Source: Phormidium sp. (GTDB lineage: Bacteria > Cyanobacteriota > Cyanobacteriia > Cyanobacteriales > Aerosakkonemataceae). From it: a stretch of 64,000 bases of DNA. Below are positions 31,896 through 41,819 of the stretch, in pieces; position 1 is the stretch's first letter, and every line of letters begins with the position of its first letter. The position numbers and the translations under genes are program-made. The stretch spans positions 416,001 through 480,000 of the forward strand of contig CP143273.1 of assembly GCA_051013385.1 (NCBI GenBank), given 5' to 3'. The notes under the pieces were generated by a model. It saw only the letters and a program-made list of their open reading frames with translations, was not told the DNA's origin and searched no databases.

Positions 31896-33029
31896 TTATT
31901 GGGGCAGTACACTCCGGTAAATATCTTCCAAAATCCGAGTTTGTTTACTTAAATCGAAACTATCTCGAACTCGCTTTTGTCCATTAACACTACAACGCTG
32001 CCAAAGATCGGGGTCTTCTAATAAGCGCATAATGTATTCAGCCAGAGTTTTCCAGTCCCGTTCCGGTGCTAAGAAACCAGTTTCTTCATGAACTACAGCT
32101 TGAGGAATCCCTGCATGAATCGAACCGACAACGGGTAATCCCATTGATTGAGCTTCAACTACGACAGTGGGTAATCCTTCCGAGTCGCCTGTGGAAGCGG
32201 TGACGCTGGGTACGGCAAGCATGAGCGATCGATTCATCCAACTCTTCACCACTTCAGAAGGTTGTAGTCCTAGAAATTTGTAGCAGCGGAGTGACTTTGC
32301 TGCCAATGCTTCCAAGCTTTCTCTCAACGGCCCATCACCTATAATAACAAGTTCGACATCGTTCATCTTTTCCTGTACCTGAGCCATAGCTTGAATCAGA
32401 TACTCACAGCCTTTCTTTTCCGCTAACCGCCCCACAAACAGCACCACTCGTTCGCGAGATATTGATGGATCGGGTGTAAACTTTTCCGTATTCACACCAT
32501 AGTAATGAGCGATAATTTTGTCAGCCGGAAAGCCTTGTTCGATCAACTTTCCTTTAATAAACTCCGATACAGCAATAAATAGATTTGCCTCACGCTTGAG
32601 TGCTTCTCGACGCTGTAAATAAACTCTAGTACTGATTGATTCCTTTCTTGCATAGTCATCTTTCATGGTGGCATCTAAACCATAAAAGGTGACTATCATC
32701 GGCAATTTCGATCGCCTCATGAAAGGCAAAGCTAAAGCCCCACAAACTCCAAAATGTGCGTGAATCAAAGCAGGTTGTAACTCCTCGACTTGCCGATCCA
32801 ACCTGGGTGCAAATCCCGAAACCTTAAATACAAATTCTTCGAGATTACCTAAGACTCCACCCTGATTAACAGTCAAGGTACGCTCTGAAGGCAGAGTTAA
32901 TCCTTCGATTAAACGAGTACCTACATAATAAGGAGTAAATTGCTCTAATCCTTCGCTTTGAGCTTTAATAAATGTTTCTGAAGGAGGAAGAAGCTTACCA
33001 CAAAAGAAAACTACTTTAGGATTAGACAT
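31896..33029 (-). CDS. Glycosyltransferase family 4 (WcaL-like)
   Basis: SETFI, HAHFG, VGRLAEKKG, GDSEGLPTVVVEAQ. Confidence 0.92.
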   Translation of the reverse strand: MSNPKVVFFCGKLLPPSETFIKAQSEGLEQFTPYYVGTRLIEGLTLPSERTLTVNQGGVLGNLEEFVFKVSGFAPRLDRQVEELQPALIHAHFGVCGALALPFMRRSKLPMIVTFYGLDATMKDDYARKESISTRVYLQRREALKREANLFIAVSEFIKGKLIEQGFPADKIIAHYYGVNTEKFTPDPSISRERVVLFVGRLAEKKGCEYLIQAMAQVQEKMNDVELVIIGDGPLRESLEALAAKSLRCYKFLGLQPSEVVKSWMNRSLMLAVPSVTASTGDSEGLPTVVVEAQSMGLPVVGSIHAGIPQAVVHEETGFLAPERDWKTLAEYIMRLLEDPDLWQRCSVNGQKRVRDSFDLSKQTRILEDIYRSVLPQ

Positions 33030-33060
33030 GGTTTACTTTCTGAATTGATAGCCGAAAAAA

Positions 33061-34287
33061 TCAACAACTAACCATTTCTTCGTAGAGTTTAGCTAGGGAT
33101 TCTCCTTTCGCTTCCCAGGAAAACTCTTCCCTAACCAACTTTTGTCCTGCTTGTCCCATTTTTACTCGCAGTTCCGAATCTTGAGCCAATCGATTCATTG
33201 CTTCAGCGAGGTCATGCACCGATCGATCGGGGTTAGTTGCCGGAACTTTAAACCCTGTTTCTGTTGTTACCTGGACAGATGGCCCGCCTAAATCCAAACA
33301 AACCACTGGGCGACCTGCCGCCATTGCCTCTAAACATACCCATCCGCCAGAGTCATGTAAACTGGGATGAAGCAAAACATGGCACTGACCAAGTTTTTCT
33401 AAGGTTTCATCCCGTACCAGCCTCCCCCAAAATTTCACTTGTTTAGCAATGCCTAGTTGTTCAGCAAGACTTTCCAGGGATTTTCGCTCTGGCCCTTCGC
33501 CTAAAATCCAATATTCGGCATTAGGCAACTTAGTTTGAGCAAAAGCACGTAGTCCTAAATGAAGCCCTTTCCAATGCAGAAGTCGCGCCATACTGATAAA
33601 CCTGATTGTAGAATTATCAGGCATGGGGCATTGAGAAAGACGAGAAATTTCTTCTTGAGATAAGCCGGATTCAGAGTATACTTGGATATTTTTTGCGCCC
33701 ATTAGACGTAGGCGAAGGGCTGTATCTTCAGTAGTGGCTCGCACTAAGGCGCTTTTTTCTGCTGTCAGGCGTGCGAACGGATCGCGTTCCCCAAGGCGAT
33801 GAGCTAAACTCCTAACTATTTCGTAAAATCTCCCCCGCAAACTGAAATCTTGCCAAAAAGCTGACGGTGCCTGTTCTCCACCCCCCACAGGCCCCCAGAT
33901 AAAGGGAGTGGGTAAAAATGAGAGAAAGCTGGGAGAGGAGTATCTCACATAAGTTATGTGATGCACAAGGTCAAAGCCTACTTCACTGTATAGTTGGCGG
34001 GCTCTGAAGTAGGCGGAAATTTGCCATAGATAGTAATGGAGATGTACGCCTTGCAAACCCTGTTTCCACAATCCTGACAAAGGTAAGTCACAGTATACAA
34101 ATTGAAGTCCAGGGATTGGGTTTTTTGCTAGTTCAGCTTCAATAGTTGCGCGATTGTCTTCTCTGGTTAGTACCCACACCTTATGATGTTTAACCAAGGA
34201 GCGAACTGTATTCCAGCCAACTCCGGGTTCGGAACCCATACCGGGTCTACAAGCATAAGCGGAAATTAAGATCTTCAAGGACTTCAT
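33061..34287 (-). CDS. Glycosyltransferase family 4
   Basis: SAYACRPGMGSEPGVGW, RLLHWKG, HDSGGWVCLEAMAAG. Confidence 0.92.
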   Translation of the reverse strand: MKSLKILISAYACRPGMGSEPGVGWNTVRSLVKHHKVWVLTREDNRATIEAELAKNPIPGLQFVYCDLPLSGLWKQGLQGVHLHYYLWQISAYFRARQLYSEVGFDLVHHITYVRYSSPSFLSFLPTPFIWGPVGGGEQAPSAFWQDFSLRGRFYEIVRSLAHRLGERDPFARLTAEKSALVRATTEDTALRLRLMGAKNIQVYSESGLSQEEISRLSQCPMPDNSTIRFISMARLLHWKGLHLGLRAFAQTKLPNAEYWILGEGPERKSLESLAEQLGIAKQVKFWGRLVRDETLEKLGQCHVLLHPSLHDSGGWVCLEAMAAGRPVVCLDLGGPSVQVTTETGFKVPATNPDRSVHDLAEAMNRLAQDSELRVKMGQAGQKLVREEFSWEAKGESLAKLYEEMVSC

Positions 34288-34340
34288 TGGTTAACCTTAC
34301 AAAAATACTTTATGAGTCTAAAGTTATCAACTTTACTTTG

Positions 34341-35480
34341 CTAATCCTCCAAGACTGATGATGTAACTTTGGCAAGGAATTCTGCTGCTGCTTTTGGGGT
34401 ATATTGAGTCATCAATTGTTGTGATTTTTGACCCATTGAATTAATTAGGTCTGGGTCACTAATAAAACGACTCATCATTTCAGCCAGCTTTTCAGGATCG
34501 TAGGGATCAAAAATGTAACCATTCTCTCCCTCAACAACTATCTCATGTGCTCCTGCCCATTTGGAACATAAAATTGCTTTTCCGAGAACCATAGCTTCGG
34601 ATATTACCACACCCCAAGTATCTTCTAGTGTGGGGAGAACGAAAATATTGGCAGCACTAAAAAAAGTACCCAGTTTGCCATATTCAATTCTTCCTAACCA
34701 TTTCACTCGCTCTGTCAAGTTAGCGGTTTGACAGAAACCTTCTAATTCTTGCCGTTGTGTTCCATCACCTATTATTAGTAATGTATAGTCCTGAATTTTC
34801 TGCTTTTCTAGGATGGCACAGGCTTCCAAGAGAAAGTTCAGTCCTTTACGGGGTTCTATACTGCCAACAAAGAGGAAAATTGGTCGCTGTAATTGGGAGA
34901 AGTCGAATTCGCTGTTTTCTGAGTAACCTAGTAAGGCTTTGGGATCGGGTACTTCGTAAGGTTGGGCAAAAACGCGATCGGCTTTTGCTTTGAGTATTTC
35001 TATTAGATAGGATTTCCCCGCTTGGCTATTTGTAATACAAGCATCTGCTGCCTTAATCATTGCTCGTCGCACAGCTAAACGAGGTGGTGAATTGCGCCAA
35101 TCTACATCAGGTGAACTACCTTCGTAAGCAATAACAACCCGCCATTTTCCCAACGGCTTAAATAACAGCGCCAAGATAGTCCATACACCGAATGAATTTG
35201 AGAAAATGAGGTCAGGCTTAAACCGGAGCAGTCGATTGATAATATTCAAAGGTAAATAAGTGAAATATAGCCCATAACCCTCTGATGCGTCAGTGATTTG
35301 GAAACCTTTTTGACCGCTGACTACTTCAACATTAAAGGAATCTTCAAGCCCTGGAGCATAGCCTTTCCACACACTCACAAATATAGTTGTTTGGGGAAAT
35401 AAGCGTGCAAACTCACTGAAAGTTGGATGCCAATAGTAAAACCCTGAATTTAGCAGCCAAGCAATACGGAAGTTGTTCAT
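34341..35480 (-). CDS. Glycosyltransferase family 4
   Basis: FVGSIEPRKG, EDTWGVVISEAM. Confidence 0.92.
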   Translation of the reverse strand: MNNFRIAWLLNSGFYYWHPTFSEFARLFPQTTIFVSVWKGYAPGLEDSFNVEVVSGQKGFQITDASEGYGLYFTYLPLNIINRLLRFKPDLIFSNSFGVWTILALLFKPLGKWRVVIAYEGSSPDVDWRNSPPRLAVRRAMIKAADACITNSQAGKSYLIEILKAKADRVFAQPYEVPDPKALLGYSENSEFDFSQLQRPIFLFVGSIEPRKGLNFLLEACAILEKQKIQDYTLLIIGDGTQRQELEGFCQTANLTERVKWLGRIEYGKLGTFFSAANIFVLPTLEDTWGVVISEAMVLGKAILCSKWAGAHEIVVEGENGYIFDPYDPEKLAEMMSRFISDPDLINSMGQKSQQLMTQYTPKAAAEFLAKVTSSVLED

Positions 35481-35611
35481 AATTAATTATTGATTCCTTG
35501 CAGTTAAGAAGAGTTACGAGGAGAATTAAATACCTCTGAAAATTCTTGGTAAAGCAACTCTATAAAGGGAAGCTTTAACTTAGAGCAACAGAAGAACTTT
35601 CCTGCGTTGTT

Positions 35612-36532
35612 TTAGGATACGTAGCTATCTCTTCGCATATCATAATCAGGCCCTCTGCGTTTTAGATAATTTACAAAGGCTTTTACGTAATACATGGCAT
35701 TAGATGTGTAAGTTTCTAATTCACTGCCAAAAATTACTACATTTGGATTAACTGTTTTTCTGACTGGGGGAACTTGCTTGGCATATAAGGGTTTCATGTC
35801 ACTGGGATAATAGTGTGCCGTTAATGATTTCCGACTGAAATGTGGGTCAGCGTTATTGTAGGCTCCATGAATAGTGTATGGGTGCCAAAAAAGTACATCT
35901 CCTTTCTTCAAGGGAAAACTTCTATATTCGTATTTCCCTTCATCAATTAAGGCTTTTGTTTGTTTCACAAAGGTGTCGTGGTCTGAGAAATTTGTGGCGT
36001 TATTCCGTTCCAGGACTCTGCCTTTGTGACTACCAGGAAGGACGAAAAAGCAACCTGCATCTTTATGAATGTCTTCTAAGGCGTACCATGCAGCGATCAT
36101 GTTGCCCGCTGGATCGGAGTCCAAATAATAGTGATCTTGATGTTCAACTGTTCCCGTTGATTTGTCAAAAAACATATTTTGCATCATCACATGACTAGAT
36201 CTTCCTGATAGTGTACTCAGAACTTCTGTGACGCTTTCAGCTACTAGGCATTCTTCAATGCTGCGGGAAAAACTAGGCCAAAGTTTTAAACTGGCAGGAT
36301 TTAACATTGAATTTTCGATGAACCCTTCTGGAGTTAATTTGGGTTGAATGGGAAGGTGTGTATCTTGACTAAAAAATACAAAAAGTTTGGAATGTTTTAT
36401 TTGCTCGTAAACCTTGAGAAAGTTTTGAATGTTTGAATGACTGAGCAAATTTTCAATTACTACATAACCGGACAAATTGAAGTATTCTTTTATCGCAGCT
36501 TTTTCAGTTACAGCAAACTTCTTTAGTTCCAT
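35612..36532 (-). CDS. Phytanoyl-CoA dioxygenase (PhyH) family Fe(II)/2-oxoglutarate oxygenase
   Basis: HQD...H facial triad (EHQDHYY, TIHGA), AWYALED, VLPGSH, KGDVLFW. Confidence 0.88.
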   Translation of the reverse strand: MELKKFAVTEKAAIKEYFNLSGYVVIENLLSHSNIQNFLKVYEQIKHSKLFVFFSQDTHLPIQPKLTPEGFIENSMLNPASLKLWPSFSRSIEECLVAESVTEVLSTLSGRSSHVMMQNMFFDKSTGTVEHQDHYYLDSDPAGNMIAAWYALEDIHKDAGCFFVLPGSHKGRVLERNNATNFSDHDTFVKQTKALIDEGKYEYRSFPLKKGDVLFWHPYTIHGAYNNADPHFSRKSLTAHYYPSDMKPLYAKQVPPVRKTVNPNVVIFGSELETYTSNAMYYVKAFVNYLKRRGPDYDMRRDSYVS

Positions 36533-37034
36533 GACTTAACTCCAACAATGATTTCGTTTCAGGAAATTTTCGTAGTTCTTGATACCATTCTTTTTTTGAG
36601 ATAGCATTTTTTAAAAGCTATTGCATGAGAAAAGTATGCCTGTTTTTCACCAAGTTAGTATGGGAGGAAGATTCTATTTCTCAATCCACCTCTTAGGATC
36701 TCTCTTGGCAATTACTTGTCCATACTTTTCTCCAGAATAATGATATCTAAAAAAATGCCATATACAATAGTATCATACAGGAAACTACAGAGATGCTGTA
36801 GATACGAGTAGATAATTTACCTGATCTTTACAAAACCAGATTCATTTATCAATTTCTTTAAAAGCTGTTAATGTATGAGGTGTAAGATTACTGAGTTTTT
36901 GTTACTTTTATTGTCTTAATGGAAACAGGCAAGATGTCTAATGTAGGTTGTTTCCTTGATGGGAAAGGCTACCAGATCGGCGGGTCAAAAAAGGGAAGGG
37001 GGGATAACGAATGGTAAGAAGTTTTCCGATCGAC

Positions 37035-37063
37035 AAAAAAATAGGGTGGTGTTTCTCCACCCC
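37035..37063 (-). terminator. Rho-independent terminator after the DUF4278 gene
   Basis: Minus strand GGGTGG-agaaaca-CCACCC followed by TATTTTTT. Confidence 0.65.
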
Positions 37064-37076
37064 CTGCTGAAAAAAA

Positions 37077-37484
37077 CTAGCAATAAGGCCCGATCAATTC
37101 CTGTTCTGCTTCTAACATTTTGACGAGGTGGCGATCGCCACTTTTTCTTGCTACTTCTAATCTATGTTCCAAACGACGGCAAATATTCCGGTAGTGAGTT
37201 TCTTCCATTTGCTCCGCTGGCGGTTGAGTAGAATTCGATCTAACTTTCGGCAGAATTTTATCTGCTGCTGGTGCTGCATAGCAAGCTTCTGCTGTAGCGC
37301 GAGGATTTGCACAGTAGTTAACGCCTCTATATTTTAAGTGAGGAGTCGCGTGCGGCACCGGAATATGTCTGGGATAGCGATAATTCCAAGTTTCACCCCG
37401 GTACATACCACCAATTTCACCTTCAGTCATTTCGAGGCTTGGTAAATCTTTTTCATATTTAACACCACGATAGCTGAATTCCAT
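37077..37484 (-). CDS. DUF4278 domain protein
   Basis: Repeated YRG motifs (SYRGVKY, GMYRG, LKYRGVNY) and C-terminal LEHRLEVARKSGD..L...LE.E; GGAGG RBS before ATG 37484. Confidence 0.88.
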   Translation of the reverse strand: MEFSYRGVKYEKDLPSLEMTEGEIGGMYRGETWNYRYPRHIPVPHATPHLKYRGVNYCANPRATAEACYAAPAADKILPKVRSNSTQPPAEQMEETHYRNICRRLEHRLEVARKSGDRHLVKMLEAEQELIGPYC

Positions 37485-37523
37485 AAATTGGGCCTCCATT
37501 TAAATAGTTATGTCAATCGGGGT

Positions 37524-37563
37524 TATATAAGCAAGCGATCCTTCGGGATCGCTTGCTTATATA
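37524..37563. repeat. Perfect 18-bp-arm hairpin in the DUF4278 leader
   Basis: TATATAAGCAAGCGATCC-TTCG-GGATCGCTTGCTTATATA. Confidence 0.85.
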
Positions 37564-37632
37564 CCATAACGCTTTCTTCAGCGTTTTTGTTGTGATCTTC
37601 ACCACAAAAAAGAAGTTTTTTTGTGAATTTCT

Positions 37633-37646
37633 GTATCATAAGTTAC
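37633..37646 (-). promoter_or_regulatory. Putative NtcA binding site overlapping a -10-like box upstream of DUF4278
   Basis: GTA-N8-TAC (GTAACTTATGATAC on the minus strand) containing TATGAT. Confidence 0.62.
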
Positions 37647-37806
37647 TATTTTTTAGTTTTTCAGCCCAAAGTTAGATTTCCCTGACATAGTTTATGTATA
37701 GTTAGATAACTCTTGTTGAATGGGGATTTGGATGACGAACTCAGTTCCCTTACCGGGAGTGGAAAAACACTCTATTGTGCCACAGCAGGGGAGATCCAGG
37801 GGATCG

Positions 37807-37931
37807 CAATACTGCTCGGGTTTTGAGTAGGGGCGAAGCATTCGGGTCAAAAATTATGGCCTAAAACCTAGATTTTCTGCCCGAATGCTTCGCCCCTACA
37901 AAGGCAAAAAATACTTAACCGAGCAGTATTG
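37807..37931. mobile_element. 125-bp MITE with 13-bp terminal IRs, 10-bp target duplication and a nested GTAG palindrome
   Basis: CAATACTGCTCGG/CCGAGCAGTATTG flanked on both sides by CAGGGGATCG (37797-37806, 37932-37941). Confidence 0.82.
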
Positions 37932-37998
37932 CAGGGGATCGAGGAGACACTTGAAGAATTTATCCTGTTCCCTGTTCCCTGTTGCCCGTTCCCTTTTA

Positions 37999-39096
37999 CT
38001 AAGCTGGATGGAAATAAAAAGCTGCACCCAAAACTGTGTAAGTTGCCAAAAGTAACGCACCTTCCAACCAGTTAGAACGTCCATCTAAACTAATTAAATT
38101 GGCAACTGTCACTGCCACTGCCACTGCTACAACTTCAAAAGGATTAAAGTTGAGATCCATTGGTTGATGAATTACTAATCCTACTAAAACTAAAATTGGC
38201 GCTACTAACAATGCGACTAATAAACTAGAACCCATTGCCACTGAAACTGAGAGATCCATATTATTTTTGATTGCCACACCAACTGCGGTAACATATTCGG
38301 CGGCACCACCAACTAAAGGTAAGAGAATCACCCCTGTAAACAAAGGAGTTAAACCTAAACCTGCGGTTGCTTCTTCCACTGCGCCGACAAAAATTTCCGA
38401 TTCAAAAGCTACTCCAATTGTTGCTATTACTAACACGCCTAACCATAACCACAAATTTGGTTTGTGGGTAGTTTCTTCAGCTTCCGAACCTTTATTAGTT
38501 TCGGAGTCTAATTCTACTAGTCCGACATCATAAAGGTAGCTGTGAGTTTTGAGAGAAAACACCAAAGTTAAAGCATAAACTAATATTAATACTGCGGCGG
38601 CTGTAACGGAAAGGTTGAGAATTGCAGATTCTTTCACGCCGTTGGATGTGTAAATTACCATTGTTGGTAGAAGAATTGCAATTACGGCTAAAGTCATTGT
38701 CGAACCATTTACTCTGGCGATTACTGGTTTAAATTCTTGTTCTTTGTAACGAAATCCTCCTAATAACATGGAAAGTCCCATTACTAGGAGTAAGTTACTC
38801 ACAATTGTTCCGGTAATGCTGGCTTTAACAATATCAACTAAACCGGATTTTAAGGCAACTATGGCAATAATTAATTCTGTGGCATTGCCAAATACGGCAT
38901 TTAACAAAGCACCAATAGAAGGGCCAGAAATAACAGCAATTTCTTCTGTTGCGGTGCTTAACCAAATTGCCAAGGGTACAATGCCTAAAGCGGAAGTGAT
39001 GAAAATTACTAAAGAATTCCATTCTAGATATTTAGCCGCTAGGGAAATTGGGATGAAAATTAACAAAGCGTAGGAAATAATTTTTCTGAGTGACAT
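37999..39096 (-). CDS. cax: Calcium/proton exchanger
   Basis: Alpha repeats NAVFGNATELI and GGAAEY, KNNMDLS, DGRSNWLEG. Confidence 0.93.
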   Translation of the reverse strand: MSLRKIISYALLIFIPISLAAKYLEWNSLVIFITSALGIVPLAIWLSTATEEIAVISGPSIGALLNAVFGNATELIIAIVALKSGLVDIVKASITGTIVSNLLLVMGLSMLLGGFRYKEQEFKPVIARVNGSTMTLAVIAILLPTMVIYTSNGVKESAILNLSVTAAAVLILVYALTLVFSLKTHSYLYDVGLVELDSETNKGSEAEETTHKPNLWLWLGVLVIATIGVAFESEIFVGAVEEATAGLGLTPLFTGVILLPLVGGAAEYVTAVGVAIKNNMDLSVSVAMGSSLLVALLVAPILVLVGLVIHQPMDLNFNPFEVVAVAVAVTVANLISLDGRSNWLEGALLLATYTVLGAAFYFHPA

Positions 39097-39230
39097 GGTA
39101 ACTGCTGCGATCGCTAAAATCAATTTACTTCTGTCAGCATATCACCCCATATTAATTAAGTCAGCTAGATGTAATTATTTATATTGGTAAACCTCTTCAA
39201 ATAATCAGGATAACTTTTAATCAAAGCTGA

Positions 39231-40610
39231 TTATAAACTGTCTTGACTAAAATTTATTTGCTCAACTTTAGTATTTAATCGCACTTGAGAAAAAAGTCGA
39301 TAATTTTCCCCTGTAATTATTGATTCACTATTTCCCTGTTCATTTAACTTGACTAAATTGTATTCTACATCTTCTGTGTAAATAGTAAAGGCAATGTTGA
39401 AAATTTCCACGAAGTTAATTACCCACTGGCATTCCTGTTCTGGCAATTTTTTATAATGTCGAATTAAATCAGCGATGCAAGTATCTAAATGATTCCGAGA
39501 ATGGGGACAAATTAAGACAATTTTTAATAAGAGAATTATTAAGGTAATGGTTTTCTTTTGAGATAATAATAAAACAAATAATTCTGAGGGATATTCTTGA
39601 TATGTAATTGTTAAATCGTCAATTAAAGATTGACAAGTTTTGATTAAGAATAGGCGATTAATTTTTTCTGCTTCATATTCCGGGTGAAGGGATTTTAACT
39701 TTTCAGTTAACTTATTGCTAATAATGGTATTTACCGGAGTTTCGGCAAAGCAAAAAGTCAAATATTTATGTAAGCTTAATTTAAATTGTTTGTAGTTGAG
39801 ATTATGAGTTTGTCTGAGAAAAATCCTCGCTAATTCATTGTATTTTAATTCACCTTGTCTAGCAACCAAATTTTTAATTACATCTACTAGTTTTTCTCCT
39901 AAACCAGTGGGATTTGAAGAAGGATTTTCTTTGGCTACAGCGGAGATAGAACGAGCCGTGTACATAGCTAAATCTAGTTTAAATTTGTCTCTCAATTGTT
40001 TAGCTAATGTTTTAGCAGCTTGTCGTTGTTCTACTGGGTTATTGGATTCTATATATTGGGGAACTAGGAGATAGGAGGTATAGCGATCGCTCCAATGTTG
40101 CGCCTTATCTGAATCATACCGAAATGCAAAAACCTTTAAATCTTCAAAATCTTTGCTATTTACAAACTTATTCATCCAGTTAGTAATTCTGTAAAGTTTT
40201 AAAGGTACAGCATGATGACTGATTCTTTGAGGAAATATGTCTACTAAATGACGAATAGCTTGATGCTGTCTACTGGAATCCCAGTTATTGATTAAAATAT
40301 AACAGCAACGTTTCAAGGTATTTATAAACTCGGTTTCATTATTAGCTAGAACTATTCTATAAAGAGCTTGTAAAGGTTCTGAATTTAAATCATACACAGG
40401 CTCAATAAACATTTTTCTAAACTCTTGTAAAACCACTTCTGGAGAACTTATCCTCACTAATTTGAAAAGAAAATTATAGAGAGTTTGCTGATCTTCTTGA
40501 AGACTGCGGCGTGCTTGTCTATTTAACTCTGGAGATGAAATTAGCGTTACCGACTCATCTTTTACAGAATTGCCCCTAAATTGAGTGTTTTGATGCTTAA
40601 TTGTCGTCAT
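39231..40610 (-). CDS. Hypothetical helical protein
   Basis: Long ORF with LKRCCYILINNW, RY.SYLLVPQY, NPT.LG; start uncertain (40610 or 40646). Confidence 0.8.
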   Translation of the reverse strand: MTTIKHQNTQFRGNSVKDESVTLISSPELNRQARRSLQEDQQTLYNFLFKLVRISSPEVVLQEFRKMFIEPVYDLNSEPLQALYRIVLANNETEFINTLKRCCYILINNWDSSRQHQAIRHLVDIFPQRISHHAVPLKLYRITNWMNKFVNSKDFEDLKVFAFRYDSDKAQHWSDRYTSYLLVPQYIESNNPVEQRQAAKTLAKQLRDKFKLDLAMYTARSISAVAKENPSSNPTGLGEKLVDVIKNLVARQGELKYNELARIFLRQTHNLNYKQFKLSLHKYLTFCFAETPVNTIISNKLTEKLKSLHPEYEAEKINRLFLIKTCQSLIDDLTITYQEYPSELFVLLLSQKKTITLIILLLKIVLICPHSRNHLDTCIADLIRHYKKLPEQECQWVINFVEIFNIAFTIYTEDVEYNLVKLNEQGNSESIITGENYRLFSQVRLNTKVEQINFSQDSL

Positions 40611-41097
40611 CTTACTAATGCACCTTCTAAATATCTGGTAATTCACGAATATTCAGTCAATAAAGTTAGCATTTCAATCTCAGCCATATCCAATATATCT
40701 ACCATGCTCCTACCTATGCAAACTATCTGGAGTAGTGATTACTGTGATTTGTATGACTGCGGATTTGCCATATTATTCCCCACAATCTTAGCTTTATCTA
40801 ATCAGTCGTCAAGGGGAGATTGACAAAGGGGGGCAATAAGTCAAAAAATATACCTTGCTTTTCGGAGTAAATAACTAAATATTGTTGAGCATCAGAGCAA
40901 AAAAATGAGATTGTCTAAGGAAGATATTTTAATTCTTACTTAGACAATCTCGTTATACTCAGATCTTGCACCAAGGCTAAAAACCGGGTTTCTTGCCAAT
41001 AACTAAACCTGAAAGCCTAGATTTTTCGTTTATAAACCCGGTTTTTCATGTCTTGTTGAGAGTGGTGCTCTTATCTCAGTATAGTTAAATGCGATCG

Positions 41098-41790
41098 CTA
41101 ACTACCATATTTCACGCTGCAACCATAAGGTTGTGTGACAGAATTAGTCACTGGTTTACCGCTAATTAAGGAGTTTACAGCATCGCGAACATAATTTTCT
41201 GCTTTGGGAATATCTGCGGGATCGGGTGAAGGAATGCTATCAATTGCACCCATATATCCAACATTTCCATCTTTACCAACTACAAAGATGTGGGGTGTTG
41301 TACGGGCACCATATTGTTTGCCAATTTTACCTTCTGGATCGAGGATAACTGCGGTTGGTGCAGCATTGCGACTTTTAGTTAATTCATTTGCTTGACTATT
41401 ACTAACATAACCTTGCATTCCGGGCGCAGATGAAATAATAGAAATCCAAACTGCACCTTTGCCAGTTAGTTCTTTTTGCAATTTTTGCATATTACCAGAA
41501 CCGTAGTGTTTGCGGACAAAAGGACAGTCGTGATTAGTCCATTCTAAAACTACAACTTTACCTTTAAAATCAGTTAAACGATGAGTTTTGCCGTTAGTAT
41601 CTGCGGCAACGAAATTGGGTGCAGCATTATTAACACGGGCAGCTGCTACTCTGATTTCCGATGATGATTGGATAGCATTTTTGTTTTCGGTATTTGTCAA
41701 GTTACTTGCATTGGAAATAGCGCCGTTAGAAGCAGTTAAAAGCAGGAAAACTCCGGTGGTGATACCTAATAAACTTTTAGTAGCTTTCAT
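41098..41790 (-). CDS. Secreted thioredoxin-fold redoxin (AhpC/TSA family)
   Basis: Signal peptide, VVLEWTNHDCPFV, YGARTTPH, C-terminal YGCSVKY. Confidence 0.9.
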   Translation of the reverse strand: MKATKSLLGITTGVFLLLTASNGAISNASNLTNTENKNAIQSSSEIRVAAARVNNAAPNFVAADTNGKTHRLTDFKGKVVVLEWTNHDCPFVRKHYGSGNMQKLQKELTGKGAVWISIISSAPGMQGYVSNSQANELTKSRNAAPTAVILDPEGKIGKQYGARTTPHIFVVGKDGNVGYMGAIDSIPSPDPADIPKAENYVRDAVNSLISGKPVTNSVTQPYGCSVKYGS

Positions 41791-41819
41791 TTTGGTTGAT
41801 TCTCCTTTGGGAAGTGATG

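Noticed and set aside
37500..37620. Intact glutamine riboswitch
   Set aside because: Only a short 3'-like fragment matches my recollection of the motif; the three-stem aptamer is not visible
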